Below are positions 54,201 to 64,000 of a stretch of DNA of 64,000 nt, in pieces. Numbering within the stretch: the stretch's first letter is position 1; every line of letters begins with the position of its first letter. The notes under the pieces are model-generated. The model was not told the origin of the DNA. It saw only the letters and a list, made by a program, of their open reading frames with translations, and made no database searches. Origin of the DNA: Trichoplax sp. H2 (taxonomy: Eukaryota); NCBI GenBank assembly GCA_003344405.1, contig NOWV01000021.1, positions 744,001-808,000 on the forward strand, given 5' to 3'. The translations under genes were made by a program, and so were the position numbers.

Positions 54201-57200
54201 TCCATAGAGAGCCTACATATATTTTAGCTATCAGCATAGAACATATTTAATATTCAATAATATTAATTACTAGTATGTTCAGATATACGAAGTAAGATAA
54301 CCGTAAAAGTCATTTTTCACAGGGAGAAATGACCTGCAAATTATACAGCTTGTCTGAATTTGAAGAGTATGATCCCTCTCAGGACCTCATATTTCCTCCA
54401 GAGTTACTGGTAATCTCTTGTTAATCTTTATCCTATTTTACTATACGTAAACTGTATCCATGAATTTCGTTAATGTATCGATATTTAAAGCAATAATTGT
54501 GCATAAATCATCTTGCTTTAAATCTATTTTATGAAACAGATCATGAAGGACCGACCTCAACATAGTCTATGTATTACTGGCAAACAATTTACCTGGTTTA
54601 GGCCATCTACTATAGATGAACTCTTATCCCTCAAGAAAGAGTATCCCGCGGCGAAACTAGTGGTTGGAAATACAGAAATTGGTTAGCAAGTGCTATAAAT
54701 AATATAATATAATAAACTATCTCCTATCATTCTATCAAGATGTCTCTGTATGCTACCAAAATATTACAGTAGGTCAATCATAAATTGTTAAATATTTTAA
54801 AAATAATATAATACAATAAACTATTTCCTTTTGTCTTATCGATAAGTCTCTGCATGCTACCAAAATATTACAGTATGTCAAACATAAATTGCTCTTAATT
54901 CTAGAGGTTTTATGAAATTGCAATGTCTCAATTTAGCATTAAGTAGTTGAAAGGAAATTCTGAATGAAATTAGCTAGCTAGAATAAAATGAATTCGATTC
55001 TATAGGTCTTGAAATGAAATCGAAATGCCTTCGATATCCAGTTTTAATTTCACCATGTGAAATACCACAGTTAAATGGCGTACATTATGCAAATGAAGGA
55101 ATTGAGCTTGGTGCATGTATTAGCTTGACAAGATTAAATAAAGTTTTAAAGGAAGTAATCGAAAAATTACCAGGTACAGAAATGCCTAACTTTATTTACA
55201 TAGCGTATTCTTTACTTCAGTCGATTCGATTAGAATTGTTTTTTTATCATTACGTCAAGAATATAAGACAAGAGTCTTTGCAGCTATAGTTGAAATGCTA
55301 CGATGGTTTGGTGGGCAACAAATTAGGAATGTTGGCGTAAGTAGATTAATGTTCATAATAAAAGATTTTCATAACTTTAAATGGGTAAAGATTATCCATT
55401 TTCAAATTATTGATTTATTAATGCTGAATAGAGTATCGTTGGCAATATTATGAACGCGAGTCCAATCTCTGATCTAAATCCGTTATTCTTAGCAGCTAAG
55501 GCGAAGTTGACTATCCAATCAGTAGATGGTATTTTATATTATTATGATATAATTTTACTTAAATTCAATGACCAAACGGAAACATCTATATTTCGAGAAA
55601 AATAATGTACATGTATTTGGAGTATCAAAATTAGAATTAAGCCAAATTTGGTAGCAATAAACAATTAAGGTATTAAAAAATTTATATCTTGCTTTACTTG
55701 CCTTTCAGGTCTTAAGAAGGTTATTACTATGGACGAAAACTTTTTTACCAGTTACCGTAAAACTTGCATAAAGGAAGATGAAATTGTTATTTCCATTCTT
55801 ATTCCCTATACTATCGAGGTAAGCTACCCCAAAATGATGGCTATATCATCTGTTGGCAATTCGTGCATAGTTGTAGCTCTGTTATGGTTAGAAAGCGATT
55901 CTCAATGTTTACTCTGTTTTCTTACCTTTAAGAACGAATATTTTTACGGATTTAAACAAGCTCGTCGACGCACTGATGATTTAGCGATAGTTAATGCTGG
56001 AATGCGAATTATTATAAGTAAATCGGAGCGAGAGTCGGACTTTACTATTAAGGATTGCTTATTGTGCTTCGGTGGTATGGCTGCAGTAACCGTTATTGCT
56101 AAGCAAGCAAGCAATTTCCTGATTGGAAGGCAAGCTAAATTACTTCTACTAGATATATTGTATAATCTGTTGTTATTATACTTAATCAAATATTGTATAT
56201 ATACTGTATATATAGTCTATGAACTTATCTACAGTCTCACCTTAAATTTAATTTCTTGCTTAATATTAACAGTTTTCACGATAAAGTATCGGATAGCAAA
56301 TAGACATTTTATAGATCTATGTGAATTTATGTCCCCAATTTTTTCTTTTCATTTTTAGCAATTGAGTATAGTAAAATAAAAAAGTTCAGAGAGCAAATAA
56401 ATTTACACATCTACATGAAACATCACAAGAAAGTTTAATTCTATAAAATCTCTGTTACTAAAGAATGAAAATAAACTGGAATATGATCTGCTTTGGTGAT
56501 AACTTTCTAATATATTCGATCAATTCTGGTGATTTTGCTTTTAACAGTGATCGTTCTATCATTTCAATCAAAATTATACAAGATTCTTAATTGCACCCAT
56601 AAACATAATATAATACATTCTATTTTTAAATTATCCGAAATCGATTGTATCTTCTATATTACTTAACTAGTATCTGGTAAAATGAAAGATAGTTTAGAGA
56701 TTCTGTAGGATACACGCATAAAACACTGATAGAGCACATTATATAAATTTGTAAAGGAAAACTTATTTTATAATTTGAAAATTATCTCATACTAGACCTT
56801 TATTACTAAGAGTTTCCATCATAATGTAGAGGGAAAAATTTGTAACGGATTATATTTTGATTTGATAGGCCGTGGAATACAACTTTAACTGAATCTGTTA
56901 TTCATTTATTAAACGAAGATATGCCGTTGCCTTTCTCTGCTCCTGGAGGAATGATCGAATTTAGGAAAGCTTTAGCAGCGAGTTTCTTTTTTAAATTCTA
57001 CTTATTGGTTACGTCCCAGATATCGATAGAAAAGGTTTTTTAATGAAATAAGCAATTAAATAAATATAATTAACACTTGTACTGCATAAATTTGTAATGT
57101 CACAGTAAAAATTATATTAATCAATTCCGCCTAAATTTTAATCTAGGAAAATTTAACCAGTCAACTGCCAACTTCTTATTTAAGTGCTTGCTCAGTCTTT

Positions 57201-60200
57201 AAACAAGATCCAATGCAGAGTATTCAAGTATTTGAGGTAAGTCAAACCCATCTCAAATTATTTGAATACATTTTGCTATATGAAAAGTAATCATAGACTA
57301 GTAATTATTTAAAATTTGACCTTACTAAACTAGCAATCATTTTTGAATACCAACTTAAATTTGGACAAAAGCACCTATTTCTTATAATTTAACGATAAGC
57401 TTATGAAACGCTCAAATGTCATTTACGTAAAGATAAATTCCATCTGAGATTCCTCATCATTTTAATTTAATTACATAAATATTATTTAACAATAAATTGA
57501 ATCTGCCTACAGTTTACAGTATGCAGTATATAACCAAGATAGTAAGACTAATATCTTTAAAATAGAGCCCAGACCGAATACTCAGGTTCACATTAAGTTA
57601 AAAATAAATAGAGTTTAAAAATCAATGGATAAATAGAGTACAAAAGCCTTTCATATGCACTAGAGATACTATTTACATTATAATAACTCGCTAGAAAGCA
57701 AGATTAAATTTAGCATGTGATGGAAAATTTATCAAGTACGAAAAGCAATTTCTATACTAGTATAGAAGAAATACAGTATTTTATCTATCTGCGAAAATAT
57801 GAGATTCAAGTATTGGTTTACTGTTAGAGAAATCGATCTACAAAAACATGTAGAAATTAAATAAGACATTCCTTTCAAACGTATTTAGAAACCCGACCCT
57901 AATTTGCCGCCAGATAGTGGCATGAGAAAGCCAATTGTCCATCAATCTGCTTTAACACAAGCAACGGGAGAAGCTATCTACAGTGATGATTTACCCACTT
58001 TTTCAAGTATAATTTTCATCTATTTGCTATAATTATTATAAAGCTTCCAAATAGACTGCCGTTCTTGATTGATAAATATCCATTTGTAATGTAAATTAAC
58101 GCTGATATTTATAACTTTTATAGATGAATTAAATGCTAGTTTAGTGCTGAGTAAAAAGCCGCATGCTGTAATTAAGTAAGGCAACTAATATTCTGATGGA
58201 ATATATCTGTAACTGTTATCATACTAAAATTACATGAATTATATTTAAAGATCTATAAGATTTGAAAAAGCACTCCAAATGCCAGGTGTTGTAAGTCATG
58301 TTACAGCAGCGGATATTCCCGGAACTAATCATTTTGGCCCTGCTGTTGCCGACGATGAAGTATTTGCTACTACAAAGGTACTTGGCTGATTTAGTGACGG
58401 TTACACAAGATCGCGTATACAAGTCTAATATTCTCCAGTAGTTGTTTATCTATCGATTTATCTATATGTAGAAATTCAAAGTGGATAGGTCTACTAGTCT
58501 ATTGCTCAATCGTAATCTCGATTTCGATATCGACAGGTTACTTGCATAGGTCATATTATTGGAGTTATTTTAGCGGATACTAAAGAACATGCTGATGATG
58601 CGGTTGCAGCCGTAGAAATCGAATACGAAGATTTACCTGCAATTTTAACCATAGAAGTATGCGAGAATCATGGTTACAGTTCTAGTATTTCATAAAGGGG
58701 CAATGATGACATTGATATTGTGATTTTCGATATATGACTTCTTTTTTCATCATGCTTGTGTATTTTAGGAAGCGATAGAAGCAAAATCTTTTTACCAACC
58801 GATCCGCCATCGTCAAGTAGGAGATGTAGAGCAGGAATTGGAAATGTCCGATCAAGTTATCGAGGGAGAGCTTCGAATTGGTGGACAGGTAATTGGATAA
58901 AATAAAGGGTTGGAATGGTTTAATCTGATGGATTGCCATAACTAACAATTTACGTCATTGAATTGATGCTTCAAGTAAAAGTTAATGCTTACAATATTAA
59001 TATTTGCCCAGTTTCTGTTTAATCCTTACCGCATTAAACACGATTTAGGAACATTTCTATTTCGAAACACAAAGTTGTCTGGCATTACCTAAGCTTGAAA
59101 ACGGTGAAATGGAAATTTTTGCTTCTACTCAGAATCCTAGCGGAACACAATTAACAGCGGCAAGGACTTTAGCTATTCCAGCTAATAGAGTTGTGTGTCG
59201 AGTTAAACGCTTAGGTGCACGACTATATTTTAACAAGAATAATTATGCTGCATAATCATCGGTGTTGATAGTATCTTCAATTAACTGTGATTCCATATAC
59301 TCTCTTGTCATCCTAATAAATTAAGGAGGAGGATTTGGTGGAAAAGAAACACGGACAGTCGGATTTACCACAGCAATTGCAGTTGCGGCACAAAAGTAAA
59401 GCCAGTAAACACTACTGTATAATATCCCAACTTAAAAGTACTCCATAAAGCCAACATTATCCATGACATGATGGATTCTCATTTCATTCATAACTATCCC
59501 ACAGAATAATATCATAACTTAAATTGTCCTATAAATCCAGCACTATCTATAACATGATAGATTCTCATTTCTTTTACAATTACCCCATAGAATAATATCC
59601 TAACGTAAATTATCTCACAAAGCCAACATTATCTATGAATGAATGGATTCTCATATCTTTCACATTTATCCCGAAGTTCTTATTTAGCGTTACTGTTGCT
59701 CATAATTGATTAACATAATCAAATCTACGTTATTGTCAGTATATCACTTTTTCGCCAAGCATATTAAGATCATTAATGGCAGACGTAGTACAGTAGATAT
59801 AATTTTGTTTTCCTGGGCTATATATCATGAGACAATTTGTAATTCTGTTCCAGTCCAGAGTATACCCGACTAAATTATACTTGTAGACGCTTTCTGCTCA
59901 ATTTAAACGCTCTACAGGTTCATAGTCATGATTTCATTAATCAGTCTGCAAAGTTTAAAATATAATATTGCTATAATATATAAAGTTGATATTTTTATGT
60001 TCTTTTTATTTTACTTTACGATACTGACAGCATCTAACAGTATTTTAAAGTTAATCTTTATAGCTAGCTTGAAATGCTCAAAAGTAATTAAAGATTTATT
60101 CATTAATTTTCAAGCCATAGAATACCATTGCTTCATGATTTATAATTTCATGCAATCATAATATCATAATAAGTATCGTAGAAGTTTTATGCAGGTATAG

Positions 60201-63200
60201 ATCTGCTTACGCTTATATATATGCACATTCCAACATTTAGGGTTAGAAAGCCAGTTCGATGTGTTCTGGAAAGAGATATTGACATGTCAATAACTGGAAC
60301 AAGACATCCTTTTTTATTTAGATATAAGGTAATACGTGAATGAATATCGCCGTTAAATACAGATTACAGATGTAAAGCAGGTTTTGGTATTAAAAGAGCT
60401 TTACTCTGCGTATCTAGGTTGGATTTTCTAATAATGGAGCTGTTCGTGCTTTAAAAATTCGTATGTATTCTAACGCTGGAAACTCGTTCGATTTGTCCTT
60501 AGCGGTACGAAGAGCAATTTATCTTTTAAAAGCTACTATAGTTATCTTATCAACTTAAGTTGTTATAACACGAAGTAGGCAGTAATCGTTATTATTGTGT
60601 AAATCTTTCAGGTTATGGAGCGTGCCTTAATAGGATTTCGAAGCTGTTACCATTTTTCAAATATTGATATTATGGGTTATATATGTAAAACAAATATTCC
60701 ATCCAACACAGCTTTTAGAGGATTTGGTTCTCCTCAGGTATGTTAGAGATTGTTTCGTCTGATCTGCCAATATCATTTTGACATTGTATTAAATCTGTTA
60801 TCCCTATTTGTGGGTTATTTATAAGACTAATGTAATGAAATTGTTCGTAATTCTGGGATCATATTTACTTTTTTTACAGGGAATGTTATTAACCGAGACG
60901 ATATTAAATGATGTTGCTACAGCATGTGATCTTCCTCCATTGAAGGTGGTAGTACAATCCAGTTTATGGTTTTGCTACAGTGCAGAAGCCATGCAATCAA
61001 ATTAGAATATTGAGTAATTTCTATTATTCGTATATCATTTAACTCAGGTTAGAGAGGTTAACCTGCATAAAGACGGTGATTTGGCTCATTATAATATGAC
61101 TGTGGAGAATAGCAAAGCTAGCCTTGTTTTACAGCAAGTCGTTGAAAAGAGTCATTACGAACGTCGCAAACAACAAATTAGTTCCTTCAATAGGTAATAA
61201 AGTTAATTTTTAATCTTTAATATTATCGCAATTTCCATTTATACTGTAGTCAAGACGGTAATTGGATTCTAGAAACTATGGATTAATGCCTATCAATGCA
61301 TAACTTTTTCCGCCGTTATAATAAAGCTACGACCAAATACGTATTGATGTTTAATTAATGGACGTTTTGATCATGGTATATATACGCGTATACATATGGT
61401 TAAGAATTGAAGGAATTAGATATATCAAGCTGTATTTTAATCTACAATTATTGATGAAATTATTGACTGTATCATTCTCCTTCCATGTAGTAATACAATG
61501 ATAGTCTATTTCATTTATTTAGGTAGTATTTGGTCATATTTAAATCATTTTTAATTACTAATAACGCCAAAATAAAGTCTTGCTCTTTCATATTTTTATG
61601 AAATAAGAAGCAAATAAACAACCGCAGAGAATATTTCGCTCTTTAATATTAATGAAATCACTTAAAATTCTTTATCGATCATTCGTATTTTCCTAACATA
61701 TACTAATACTGTCCAATTGTACCGTACTTAGTTGTAAGGATTTATTGGGTATTATTGCGTTTAAATAATAAACAGTTTCGATTTTTACTATTTATAATTG
61801 CAGAGAAAATCGATGGAAGAAACGCGGTATTGCTGTCATTCCTACCGGCTTCCCAATATCCTATCCATTAAAGTTTTTTAATCAGGTGTTAATATAGTAA
61901 TAGAAATCGTGGACTGGCATTAATTTAATAAGTATAAAGCGAAGCATCTCCAATATTTTAACTATTTTCAAATCTTTAGGGTGGCGCTCTAGTTATGATT
62001 TATCTAGATGGTTCAGTTTTACTATCTCATGGCGGAACTGAAATGGGCCAAGGTTTACATACTAAATTAACACAGGTCTACATAAAATTGTAATTCAGTA
62101 GCAATGATTAGAATTACGATAGTTGAAATTTCAAGTGTAAAATTAATTTGTTCGAGATACAGTTAGTGTTGCTTAATTATTACATAATTAATAAGAAATA
62201 AAAATAGTTAGGAATATAGCCTACAATCCCTTTTTACTACCTACGGATGCAGATGCAACTGTGGTGTTAATATACTCATTGCAAGCGCAAACATTGGATT
62301 AAGAGCAGAAATAGCAGCAGTAATCGTAATTCCGCTACAGTTACTCTAATATTAATATCATCTCTATGTTAGATTTGTTCGCACGTTTTGGGAGTACCAG
62401 TTGAGAAGGTACATATGCTTGAGACATCAACGTCGTCTGTTCCCAACACTACGCCAACATCGGCATCCGTAGCTACCGACTTAAATGGTGGAGCAGTTCT
62501 TGTAAGCATGTTTGTTACTATCCTTTATTGAATAAGAATTTTAAATAATAAATGTACTGTTAGTATTTAGGTTTGTCCTTTTAATGTTGTTATACGTCAT
62601 TGTTATTTAAAAGAATGGGTTATAAATCTGTTACTAATTTTCTAATGTATAATTCATGATCAATATTGAATCAAAATTTATAACCATCTCTAGATAGAAT
62701 TGCCACTTTAATTTAATTTCTTTTGGAGCTAAGCTTCGTAAAGTATAATATTTTAATGGTATAAAATTTCTATTAAAAAGATGAAATATTTTATCTAGAA
62801 TGCGTGTGAAAAGTTAAAAGATAGGATTGCTCCTTATCAAGCTGCTAATCCAAAAGGAAAATGGGAAGATTGGGTAAATACATGATTTAATAACACATCT
62901 GCAGTGATTTCATATTTAGATTATATGCCATTAAGCAGATTTTTGCATAGTATTCTGTCGTATACAATATTTCAGCATAGATTATTACCAATTATTAGAA
63001 ATGATTGAATTGACTTAGCCACATTATTTACAAGGCTGAAGAAATATGTAATTTTAGCCTAAATACTTAGCGATTTATTATTCAAATTGTTGCTGTCATC
63101 ATCTACTAGCAAATAGACATCTATTCAAATCTTGTAGATATTGGTTATCTTTACACAGACATTTAACAGCTATTGGAAAATTTTAATAATTCTTATCATA

Positions 63201-64000
63201 GATCACTGCTGCCTACCTGGACAGAGTAAATCTGTCCGCTAATGGATTCTATCGGTATATAAAGAAATTAAAGTATACTTATTTATTATAGTGTATTCCA
63301 ATTTCAATATATACCAGGAAACCTTTAATGAAAGTTTAAATAACTAGGCTCCCTGATCGTGTAAATTATGACTGGGAGGCGAATACCGGCCAGCCGTTTT
63401 ATTATATAACATATGGTGCTGCAGTATCTGAAGTTGAGATTGACACCTTAACTGGAAGTCATCATGTATATCTTATTTAATATTATATTTTCATGTAGAT
63501 AGCAATGTCCTTCGTATCATTATGAGACAAATTCTACGCTTTTTATAGGCATAGAAATTATAGTAAAATACATCATATATATTCATACTTAATTCTATTA
63601 AGATAATTTGTTTTGCGGATGGCCTTAATGATATAAGAATTGATCAATAATTATAGATAATACGGTCGGATATTGTCATGGATGTTGGCAAAAGTATTAA
63701 CCCTGCCATCGACATTGGCCAAGTATAAGATGAAATTGTTTATCGAATTGTTAATTATGTTATCAATTATTTCTGTATAGTTTAATCTCGAGTATAAAAA
63801 TTTTTTTTCGATTCAGATTGAGGGGGCCTTTATGCAAGGAATTGGATTATTTACATTAGAAGAGCAATATTTCTCGCCAGAGGGGAAACTATTAACTCGT
63901 GGGCCATCAACCTATAAATTACCAACTTCTAGGGATATTCCAAATGAATTTTACGTTTCCTTATTACCGAATGTTCCGAATGATAAAGCAGTCTTTTCTT
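51247..64000 (+). CDS. XDH: Xanthine dehydrogenase (multi-exon; 3' end lies beyond the window)
   Basis: It starts [15 protein letters not shown]. Motifs include [100 protein letters not shown] and [17 protein letters not shown]. There is a GC donor at 56130. Confidence 0.94.
52469..52941 (+). other. Degenerate U12-type intron 3 of XDH
   Basis: The donor is GTATCCAA. A branch-like TTCTTTAAC lies about 12 nt before a purine-rich TAAAAG acceptor. It occupies the same position as the U12 intron 3 of the paralog. Confidence 0.65.
59420..59672. repeat. Three diverged tandem units of about 85 bp inside an XDH intron
   Basis: aataatatcc/at...aactt..aaa...aagccaacattatc...gattctcat(t/a)tc...t(a)ccc occurs three times. 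Confidence 0.75.

Overview
AT-rich eukaryotic (animal) genomic DNA with compact genes and short introns. The style suggests an early-branching metazoan such as a placozoan (Trichoplax-like), but this is inference only. Manual splicing gives nine genes in order: a divergent Salvador/SAV1-like gene (-), RALGAPB (+), TEX30 (+), intronless TIMM29 (-), RNASEH2C (+), DPP3 (-), MRPS10 (+), and a head-to-head pair of xanthine oxidoreductase-family genes. MRPS10 is absent from the ORF track and the SAV1-like gene is not recognisable in it. The + strand oxidoreductase copy keeps XDH signatures and runs off the window end. The - strand copy lacks the xanthine-binding and NAD-binding signatures, so it looks like an independently evolved aldehyde oxidase. 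The pair also differs in minor-spliceosome (U12) intron status at the same positions. Other items are a probable haplotype duplication across a 20-N gap, several local tandem duplications, a TACAGTA/TACTGTA motif clustered near gene 5' ends, and a GC-rich structured ncRNA candidate at about 4.5-4.7 kb. All gene identifications and residue numbering come from recalled reference sequences; no database searches were run.
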